DNA from: Patescibacteria group bacterium
Lineage (GTDB): Bacteria; Patescibacteriota; UBA1384; DATEAH01
DNA length: 64,000 nt
Assembly: GCA_035288465.1 (NCBI GenBank)
Contig: DATEAH010000005.1
Location: 67,636-131,635, forward strand
Direction of reading: 5' to 3'
A program made the translations under genes and the position numbers. The notes beneath the pieces are model-generated. The model made no database searches. It saw only the letters and a list, made by a program, of their open reading frames with translations, and was not told the origin of the DNA. Positions 57,094 through 64,000 of the stretch are shown here, piece by piece (positions within the stretch are counted from its first letter, which is position 1; each line of letters begins with the position of its first letter).

Positions 57094-57876
57094 CTAAAAT
57101 ACAGTATACCATTTTAAAGTCGCAAGTATAAGGGCAAAAATAATGATGAAAATTATAATAAATTCAGCAATATCACGATTTTTTAATTCTTTTTTAGCTT
57201 TTAACAGCAACAAACCCGAAAAAGTATAAAAGACTAAAATTAATATGATACTTTGAGTGGCAAAACTGGCTGGCCAAAATGATAACACGACAAAAACTTC
57301 GAGCATGACTAAACCGAGCAGAGAAACAAAAGGTAAAATAAAATCTGAAAAAACATTTGTCGCCCAAAATAAATAATAAAAAAGCCCAAGGCTGATTATT
57401 AAAATTAAAACCATGCTAAACCAAAGGGCTAAGCCGAAATTAAAATAAATGCTATAAATTACCCAAAAATCTAAAAATGCCGCGAGATTTAAAACAAAAA
57501 ATAAAAAATTAAAAACTAATATATTTTTGGGATCTTTGGGCCTTTCGAGGGGAATTTTTTTATAATTTATAAAAAAGAGTAAGTTGGCAATAATACCCAA
57601 AAAAATCACAATTTGTCTTAAAAGTCCGGAAGCTTCAAAAAATAGGAAAAAAACCACGCCAAAAATTAAGAGTAGGGGCAGGATTAATTTTTTCATTTTG
57701 AGCCGTTTGCGCCTAATAAGATCCGGGCCCAAAATCCAAAAAATTGCGAGGATAAAACCAATGGAAATTGGAATCAAGATTGCCCAAAAAAATTGTTGCT
57801 TAAAATATAAAGCTTCAAAAAAACCAAAAAGAACAAGGATGAAAACTGTAATTTTAATTTTATCGGCAAAGTTCAT
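57094..57876 (-). CDS. polytopic membrane protein
   Basis: 260 aa, about 8 TM helices. Confidence 0.5.
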   Translation of the reverse strand: MNFADKIKITVFILVLFGFFEALYFKQQFFWAILIPISIGFILAIFWILGPDLIRRKRLKMKKLILPLLLIFGVVFFLFFEASGLLRQIVIFLGIIANLLFFINYKKIPLERPKDPKNILVFNFLFFVLNLAAFLDFWVIYSIYFNFGLALWFSMVLILIISLGLFYYLFWATNVFSDFILPFVSLLGLVMLEVFVVLSFWPASFATQSIILILVFYTFSGLLLLKAKKELKNRDIAEFIIIFIIIFALILATLKWYTVF

Positions 57877-57881
57877 TTGGT

Positions 57882-59294
57882 TTACTCCCCTGAGCTCGAA
57901 CTGCTCGAAGAGGTGATTGATTGAAAATCTGCGCCTAAAATTATGATGATATCGGCTTGGGTGGTCGAGGCTGGATTTTGTTGGGAAACTTGAGCAGAAA
58001 TTAATTGCTGCAGTAATTTAAGCGTGGCGGGCTTGGCGCCAGAGGTATAATCGATTATTTTAGTAGTTGAGGTTTTTTCGGCATTAGTAACATTAATAAT
58101 ATTTAGGCCTTCTTTTTTGAGCAAATTGGCGGTAGTGGTAGCCAGACCCACTGTCGTAGAGCCATTTTTAACTTCAATTTTTGCCGCTTCGGATTCGACA
58201 TTACCTGTTTCAAAAATATTCTTGGCAATCAATTGAATTTGATCATAATCGCCAATGCCCGCTTTTGGAATTAAAACAAACATGCCATTATATGTTGCCG
58301 ATTTCAAAACACCCTTGGTGCTATTATCAAACACCTTGTTGATTATTTTGCTTCGATCAATATTTTTGGTAAGTGTGACTAAGCGCTCAACTTCCTTAAA
58401 GCTCAAATCTGTAGTGAAATGCTGATCAATTATTTTGAGTAATTTAATAATTTTTCCAACATCAAAAAATGACAATTTAACCGCTTTATCTTTAATCGCG
58501 GTTAAAACCTGCTGCTGCCTTTTAGCGCGGTCAAAATCAGAACTAGTTTCTCTGGAACGGGCATACTTTAGGGCTAAGGAGCCGCTCATATGTTGCTGGC
58601 CTTTAGAAATTTTTAAAGTTTGGTAACCATAATTATCTGTTGGATAATAGGGATCGTAAAGATTTTTTTCAACATAAATATCGATACCGCCCAACTCATC
58701 AACAATATTTTCAAAACCGACAAAATCCATTTTAATATAATAATGGATGGGCAAATCAGTCACATCTGTAATAGTTTGTTTCAAATATTCATAACCATTT
58801 TCTGGCGCCTTAGCAATTAATAAACTATGTTTGGTAGTGGAATTTTTAGCATTATTGGCTTTCTCCTTACCTAGGGCATAAACAGAATTAATTTTTACAT
58901 AAGAACTTGTGCCCGGAGCTTTGACATATAAATCTCGGGGGATAGAAATTAAAGCCGCTTTATTTTCAGAGGGTTTAATTGATAAAATCATAATTGTATC
59001 GGTTAATTCTGGCCCCTGATGACCCGAACCTGGCATGCCCAGCAAGAGCACGTTTACCCGATCAGCGTCTTCACCATTAAGTTTCGCATCAGATTTGCCA
59101 GTCACTCGAGAGATTAAATTTAAAAATGGTGATTTTGATGCTGAACCTTGGTTGAAAAAATTAAAAATTGAGGAAATTCCAAAAGCCGCTAGCCAAGCAA
59201 TTAGAATAATCCCAAAAATTACCGAAGTCCAAATTAAAGCTTTTTTAGCTTTTTTGGGTTTTTGTTTTGGTCCAAGATTCATATGGTTAAGCAA
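57882..59294 (-). CDS. LytR-CpsA-Psr (LCP) family cell-envelope phosphotransferase
   Basis: N-terminal TM; VNVLLLGMPG...TDTIMILSI...ISIPRDLYV LCP core motifs. Confidence 0.8.
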   Translation of the reverse strand: MLNHMNLGPKQKPKKAKKALIWTSVIFGIILIAWLAAFGISSIFNFFNQGSASKSPFLNLISRVTGKSDAKLNGEDADRVNVLLLGMPGSGHQGPELTDTIMILSIKPSENKAALISIPRDLYVKAPGTSSYVKINSVYALGKEKANNAKNSTTKHSLLIAKAPENGYEYLKQTITDVTDLPIHYYIKMDFVGFENIVDELGGIDIYVEKNLYDPYYPTDNYGYQTLKISKGQQHMSGSLALKYARSRETSSDFDRAKRQQQVLTAIKDKAVKLSFFDVGKIIKLLKIIDQHFTTDLSFKEVERLVTLTKNIDRSKIINKVFDNSTKGVLKSATYNGMFVLIPKAGIGDYDQIQLIAKNIFETGNVESEAAKIEVKNGSTTVGLATTTANLLKKEGLNIINVTNAEKTSTTKIIDYTSGAKPATLKLLQQLISAQVSQQNPASTTQADIIIILGADFQSITSSSSSSSGE

Positions 59295-59408
59295 ATTACC
59301 TCATATTATTTAAAAATTAAAAGATCTTTTTTAACAAAGATTGGTTTTACATTCATTTTTAATTATATGGCACGAGGCTTAATTAGTCAATAAAATTGTA
59401 GAATTTGA

Positions 59409-59807
59409 TTATTTAAGTTTAAAATTGTAAAAAGGCAAGACTTGGCGATTTTTAGAAAATTTGTGGTTTTTAAACTTAATAAATCCAGCCTGGGTCATTT
59501 TGAGAATATTTTTTTCGTTTTTGATGCCGATAATTGGGATTTTTAGGCTTTCAGCCAAAGCATTTGCACAAGAAATTCCAACCCTCAAACCCGTGAAAGA
59601 ACCGGGTCCGTGGTTAACAATAATGGTTTTGAGATCTTTGAGATTGACTTTGTTTTTTGATAATAGCTGGTCGATTCTAATTAATAAATTTTCTGATTTT
59701 TTTTCAGAATGCCATTTTAAAACTTTTTGAATTTTTTTCGGCCAAAAAAGGCAAATTGCCAAATTTGGTCCGGCAGTATCAATTGCCAAAATCATAATTT
59801 TCCTCAC
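59409..59807 (-). CDS. tsaB: tRNA t6A biosynthesis protein TsaB (truncated YeaZ-type, N-terminal domain only)
   Basis: ILAIDTAGPNLAICLF...GPGSFTGLRVGISCANALA; only 132 aa. Confidence 0.7.
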   Translation of the reverse strand: MRKIMILAIDTAGPNLAICLFWPKKIQKVLKWHSEKKSENLLIRIDQLLSKNKVNLKDLKTIIVNHGPGSFTGLRVGISCANALAESLKIPIIGIKNEKNILKMTQAGFIKFKNHKFSKNRQVLPFYNFKLK

Positions 59808-60264
59808 TTAAAACAATTTTTCGGCGATTTTCGTCAAGATATTCAAAGTTGAACCATTTCGTGTTTGAAGGTAAAATATGTTTAATTTTTTCTGGCCATT
59901 CTATCACCACCAAATTTTCGGGCGTAAAATATTCTTGGAGTTCTTTTTCGAAAACAGGATCAACTCCCCTTAACCGATATAAATCAATATGAATTAGATT
60001 TTTAGCTGCAAGATGCTTACTGCTAACTCGGTATTCTTTTATTAATATAAAGGTCGGGCTAGTGATTGGTTTTTTAATTCCCAATCCCCTAGCCAATCCT
60101 TGTACAAAACAGGTTTTACCACTCCCTAAATCTCCAGCCAATGCTAAAACTTGCCCATTTTCACGGGCTAGTTTTTTGGCAAATTTTTTGGCAAATTCCT
60201 GGGTATATTTAGCGGAATTAGAAATTTTTTGCAATTTTATTTCTCCAAATTTGAAATCCGACAA
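59779..60264 (-). CDS. tsaE: tRNA t6A biosynthesis ATPase TsaE
   Basis: LAGDLGSGKTCFVQGLARGLGI P-loop; overlaps tsaB start. Confidence 0.8.
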   Translation of the reverse strand: MSDFKFGEIKLQKISNSAKYTQEFAKKFAKKLARENGQVLALAGDLGSGKTCFVQGLARGLGIKKPITSPTFILIKEYRVSSKHLAAKNLIHIDLYRLRGVDPVFEKELQEYFTPENLVVIEWPEKIKHILPSNTKWFNFEYLDENRRKIVLSEENYDFGN

Positions 60265-62278
60265 AAATAATTAATAAGCTGGAACCTGCAATGGCCAAGA
60301 TCCAGCCTAAATTTGAAATTGCACCATTAGATTTTACCCTATTATCAGTCCCAATTGCAAGATCTGAAGGTGCGGCTTTGGCAGTTTTCGCCCCGAGTAA
60401 TGAATTTTGATTAGTTTCCCCGGTTTTTTCTTTTGTATTTTTACCTTGAACATTTAAAATAATTTTAATATCAGCTAAAAATCTGGGCATTAACCTAAAA
60501 CCAGCCGAGGTTTTGGAAATTATGCCGGTGATTTGAACCCAATCTCCTTTTTGCATTTTTGGCTTTTTAAAGCCAGCTGAAGTTGAAATATAAATTCGAA
60601 CTTTTCCTGAGCCATCATCTATATAAAAAGTATTGCCTGATGATGAAATAATCTTACCCTTAATTTGGACTAATTGTCCTGAATATTCTCCCACATCACC
60701 TGATTTAATATTTTTCGCCGCCGGAGTACCAAAAGAACCAAGAATAATAATATCGCCAGGTTCGCGAATTTTAATGCGTTTTTCCCCACCAGATTCGGAA
60801 ATTTCACCTGAGACCCTAATTTTATCGCCAATTTTTAAATTGGGAAAAAGTTTTTTAGAAAAATAAATTTGAATTCCTGAAGTTTCGTCTTGAAGATAAA
60901 AATATAATTTAGAAAAAGTGCCCGGCAAAACTGTGACTAATCCTTCAACTAAGATCGGTTTGCCTTTGGCTAATTTTTTAGCATTTAAAATCGTGGAGAT
61001 GGTTGGGACGGTTTGGATTTCCTGAATGATATTCTTAGCATTTGGAGTAATTTTTGTCGTCCAAAACCAACTTGTTCCAGATTTTGCCCAACTTTGGCCT
61101 TCAGGAGCTAAAACGTATTTTGCCGATGACGAAGCTTGGCCAAAATTAGGCCATAATAATCTGGCAACATCACCCGAATCATTTAGGGAAATTTTGGTTT
61201 CTTTTTTGTAAAAAACTAGAAAACGACCAGGCAAAATTTGGGTATTGTCGGGAATTAAAAATGGCGTGCTCCCGCCCTCGCCATCATCCAAATACCAACC
61301 AGAAAGATCAATGGTTTTTGTGCCGGAATTATATAATTCAATAAACTCATCATCTGTATCAGTGGCTGGGTGGGGCAAAATTTCAGATATTATGACATTA
61401 TATATAGGAATAAAGAAAGTGCCAAAAGAAATTTGATTAGAAATACTAATTTTTTTAGGCTCAAGGGCAATGGTTTTAATGGTCAGATAATATGTTTGAC
61501 CAGGATCTAAATCTGAAAGTAGATATTGGGTTTGGTCAAGATTATCAATTGTGATAATAAGACTAGTTGGTCCGGTGGAAGAAGTAGCTTGCAAGATTTG
61601 GTATTGGAAAAAGTTTGCATCAAGACTCTTTGTCCAATTTAGTTTTGCGGAATTACCAGTAATTTCCGCGGCTTCATCCAAATTGACTGGTGCGGTTCCC
61701 GGTGATGGATTTGCCTCATCTATAAAATCCATCGCAAAATCATCAGAATCTTCATTGACTGGCATCCTTGTTAAAGAATGTCCTGTGGGAACGCCTGGGT
61801 GGGGATCAAAACAAGTATCAGGGGTTGGGCAATATTCTTTTTCCCATACCACCATATCAATTTCTAAATTTGCACTATCCTTTAAAATCACTAAATCGCC
61901 GGTGTTAGAAAGACTAAGTGGGGAATTTTCAAAGTCTGGGGTAAAATGATATAAATTTTCAAAACCATTTTTCTTCCTGGCAATTGTTAAAAATTTGTGA
62001 GCACCAATTTTTACTCCCGCCGGAAAAATAAAAGTCTCGGACAAATCTGTTAATTTCCAGTTCTCAAGATTAATATCTGTTGAGAGCGGATTAAAAATTT
62101 CGAGCCACTCCTCATCAGCATCTGTGCCCGGAGTATCATAAAAAACCTCAGAAATTAACAAGTGACCAGCACTCGAGTTTTGGGCTTGGGCTTTAGAATT
62201 TTGAGGAAAAACTAAAAATACTAAAATAAAGATTAAAATTAGCCCAAAAAAATTAAATTGAGTTCGCTTTTTGAGCAT
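60218..62278 (-). CDS. secreted surface protein with two lamin-tail domains and C-terminal TM anchor
   Basis: Signal peptide; LLISEVFYDTPGTDADEEWLEIFN and VIISEILPHPATDTDDEFIELYN LTD signatures; C-terminal hydrophobic helix. Confidence 0.65.
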   Translation of the reverse strand: MLKKRTQFNFFGLILIFILVFLVFPQNSKAQAQNSSAGHLLISEVFYDTPGTDADEEWLEIFNPLSTDINLENWKLTDLSETFIFPAGVKIGAHKFLTIARKKNGFENLYHFTPDFENSPLSLSNTGDLVILKDSANLEIDMVVWEKEYCPTPDTCFDPHPGVPTGHSLTRMPVNEDSDDFAMDFIDEANPSPGTAPVNLDEAAEITGNSAKLNWTKSLDANFFQYQILQATSSTGPTSLIITIDNLDQTQYLLSDLDPGQTYYLTIKTIALEPKKISISNQISFGTFFIPIYNVIISEILPHPATDTDDEFIELYNSGTKTIDLSGWYLDDGEGGSTPFLIPDNTQILPGRFLVFYKKETKISLNDSGDVARLLWPNFGQASSSAKYVLAPEGQSWAKSGTSWFWTTKITPNAKNIIQEIQTVPTISTILNAKKLAKGKPILVEGLVTVLPGTFSKLYFYLQDETSGIQIYFSKKLFPNLKIGDKIRVSGEISESGGEKRIKIREPGDIIILGSFGTPAAKNIKSGDVGEYSGQLVQIKGKIISSSGNTFYIDDGSGKVRIYISTSAGFKKPKMQKGDWVQITGIISKTSAGFRLMPRFLADIKIILNVQGKNTKEKTGETNQNSLLGAKTAKAAPSDLAIGTDNRVKSNGAISNLGWILAIAGSSLLIIFVGFQIWRNKIAKNF

Positions 62279-62370
62279 TTTCTCCTTGGTGGGAAAATAA
62301 AATCAATAATTAATCTAATTATACCACGCCAAATTAATAGTTAAAAGTTTTTAAAATTTGTTAAAATCTA

Positions 62371-62399
62371 TTGACAAATTAGATTATTTTTGATATAAT
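62371..62399 (+). promoter_or_regulatory. perfect-consensus sigma70 promoter TTGACA-17-TATAAT
   Basis: ttgacaaattagattatttttgatataat directly upstream of GC-rich transcription unit. Confidence 0.55.
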
Positions 62400-62469
62400 G
62401 TGAAAATTGCGAAAGCAAGGCCGAAAATCCGCCTTTCGGTGGATGATTCTGCTGCAAAGGGGTGTTGTA

Positions 62470-63786
62470 ATGTCTAGGTTGTATCCGGTTGTTCTGCTAG
62501 TGCTGGTTGTCTCCGTCTTCTCTGGCTGCGGAGGTAGCAATGAGAGTCTGATTCCACCAGTTGGTGGACAGGTTGTCACCACGCCACCGACCGGCCGCGT
62601 CATCGCCTTTGGCGAGGTTGCGAACCTTGCCCGCGGCACGACCATGCACCTCCGGCTGAACCGACAGGGAACAGAGGTACGCGAGTACGAGGTGGCGTTC
62701 CTGTCAACGTTCACACAAGGTCCGGATCACCTCATTGTCTGCCAGACCCCCGCCAGCTTGGCGGTGGGAGCCGGGGATTCCGGATCCCCTCTGATGACGT
62801 CCGATGATCAACTCGCTGGCGCGCTGGCTTTTGGCTGGGACGGCGATGACCACCGGTTCATGGCCCGGTCCATCGACGACATGCTCCGGCTTACCCCGGC
62901 GTCACCCGATCGCGGGATTACATTCAAGGAGCAGGAGATCCCGCTGTCCTATTTCCTGCAAGGAGTCTCTATCCCCACCCTTCAACGGCTAGCAACCCTG
63001 GATCGGACAGGGGTGTCTGACAAGTTCCAGATAATCCCTACGAATCCAGGGAGCAACCGACTGGCTACCTCGGTGCCCATGCCAGGTCAGTCAATCTCGG
63101 TGAATTACATCACCGGACCGCTGGTGACCGGCGGAGCAGTCGGGACCATCACCCATCAAACAGGTGATGACCAGTGGCTGATCTTCGGCCATCAGCTGGA
63201 CAACTTCGGTGAAAGGGCGTTGCCGGTTTCTCTCGCGTCGATGGACGTGATGGTCGAGACGACCTTCGGGTCGTTTAAGCAAGCTCATCCACTCAACCAG
63301 CCAATCGGAACTCTAGTCGAGGACCGGATGTACGGCTGTCGCGTTGACCCTAACCGAAACCCCGAGACGTTCCCGGTGACGGTTCGAGTCAACTACAACG
63401 ACAAGACCGAGAAGTACATCCATCAGGTCGCTGCCGACAAGAGCAGTGGTGTTGAGTTGTACTTCATCTTGGTCGGCATCCTGGCACCACTCGACCAGGT
63501 CTTCAATAAGTATGGACCTGGTACGGCCGAGGGCACATTGATTCTTCGTCTCCAGGGCGCAGGCACACAAACCTACGAAATCACCGTGCCCGAGCCGGCC
63601 ATCGACTACGGCGGCGACGAAGGTTACTACGAGGAGAATCCTTCTCCTCCGTATGTGTCGGATCTTTCCTTGGGTGTCGCGGAGGTGGTGATGACGAAGA
63701 TCTTTGACCTTGCACGGTACCATCCAGGTGTTTCTTTCGCCCGGGTGGAACTCAACGTCACACTCCACGACTTCAAGCCGACATAA
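62470..63786 (+). CDS. GC-rich lipoprotein with trypsin-like serine-protease signature
   Basis: Start MSRLYPVVLLVLVVSVFSGCGG (lipobox) after aaagggg RBS; GAGDSGSPLM resembles S1 GDSGGP catalytic-Ser motif; about 58% GC vs about 35% background. Confidence 0.55.
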   Translation: MSRLYPVVLLVLVVSVFSGCGGSNESLIPPVGGQVVTTPPTGRVIAFGEVANLARGTTMHLRLNRQGTEVREYEVAFLSTFTQGPDHLIVCQTPASLAVGAGDSGSPLMTSDDQLAGALAFGWDGDDHRFMARSIDDMLRLTPASPDRGITFKEQEIPLSYFLQGVSIPTLQRLATLDRTGVSDKFQIIPTNPGSNRLATSVPMPGQSISVNYITGPLVTGGAVGTITHQTGDDQWLIFGHQLDNFGERALPVSLASMDVMVETTFGSFKQAHPLNQPIGTLVEDRMYGCRVDPNRNPETFPVTVRVNYNDKTEKYIHQVAADKSSGVELYFILVGILAPLDQVFNKYGPGTAEGTLILRLQGAGTQTYEITVPEPAIDYGGDEGYYEENPSPPYVSDLSLGVAEVVMTKIFDLARYHPGVSFARVELNVTLHDFKPT

Positions 63787-64000
63787 TCACCGAGAAGGGA
63801 GGAAAACGCTTGCACGGTCAGAAGATCAGATTCTGCCGAGCTGCATGGAAAAGGCTGACAAGGGCGATTATCACCCACCAGCCCATCGAGGTCATCCTCA
63901 CGCGGCTTGCCGAGAAAGATCGAGCCGTGAAAGAAGCGGCGATTTGGTGCAGACGGCACCACGCCCATCCCGGCCTGACCATGTCACGGCTCCGAATCGC

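Noticed and set aside
62379-63968. Multiple ORFs on both strands in the GC-rich terminal region (62379-62714, 62804-62992, 63091-63288, 63313-63768, 63627-63968)
   Set aside because: High GC suppresses stop codons in all frames. Only the plus-strand lipoprotein frame has a promoter, RBS, lipobox and protease-like motif.
1-64000. CRISPR arrays, rRNA genes, transposase/integrase genes
   Set aside because: No short direct-repeat arrays with unique spacers, no rRNA-like conserved blocks and no recombinase or transposase motifs (HxxR/Y, DDE) were found in any frame.

Overview
This is a 64-kb stretch of a low-GC (about 35%) bacterial chromosome, tightly packed and mostly coded on the minus strand. 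The gene content fits a small-genome Patescibacteria/CPR-like organism; that is an inference, not a taxonomic call. It includes many tiny hypothetical or membrane proteins, a type IV pilus/competence cluster with a two-component system, a truncated TsaB, rmlCD and a dodecin.

Housekeeping genes I can call with confidence are typA/bipA, a peroxiredoxin, uvrA, a bactofilin, infC-rpmI-rplT (infC starts with ATT), comM/yifB, pyrG, miaA and trxB. Further confident calls are a dCMP deaminase, a divergent thymidylate-synthase-family enzyme, an SDR, rmlC/rmlD, a NUDIX hydrolase, an O-methyltransferase, a VanX-like dipeptidase, three glycosyltransferases (two GT2s and a GtrA-GT39 fusion), an LCP protein, a parvulin PPIase, a nucleoside hydrolase, a DnaQ-like exonuclease, tsaB/tsaE, and two surface proteins (a lamin-tail-domain protein and a fibronectin-III-like protein).

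The RNA genes are RNase P RNA (rnpB) and 13 tRNAs: Gln-TTG, Arg-TCG, Lys-CTT, Leu-TAG, His-GTG, Arg-TCT, Trp-CCA, Pro-TGG, Thr-CGT, Gly-CCC and Asp-GTC.

The most unusual signal is that five of the 14 structured-RNA genes are followed at a short distance by a duplicate of their own 3' end.
- tRNA-Gln, tRNA-Trp and tRNA-Lys each carry a ~150-170-bp related mini-element downstream. It ends in a conserved hairpin (GGGS-TTYA-SCCC, with a compensatory base-pair swap between copies) followed by TTCGA and the tRNA 3' strand. The Trp and Lys copies also share a near-identical sigma70-like promoter block that would transcribe a short tRNA-end-containing RNA.
- tRNA-Gly has a degenerate tandem copy of its 3' half.
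- rnpB has a 21-bp direct repeat of its 3' end about 1 kb downstream, enclosing a single unknown 306-aa ORF.
The geometry resembles att-site scars of tRNA-targeting integrative elements, but the shared hairpin across different tRNA targets and the built-in promoters suggest a miniature element family or regulatory module that has not been described.

Other notable items are:
- two ~100-nt GC-rich structured repeats;
- sharply GC-rich (about 55-60%) transcription units, each driven by a perfect-consensus AT-rich promoter: a SpoVS homolog, and a trypsin-like lipoprotein at the window end;
- a moderately GC-elevated thymidylate-synthase-like / dCMP-deaminase cluster;
- an unannotated 44-aa protein with 14 cysteines;
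- a stand-alone PEP-utilizer phosphohistidine domain next to a CheY-like regulator.
No CRISPR array, rRNA gene or recognizable transposase/integrase gene was seen.
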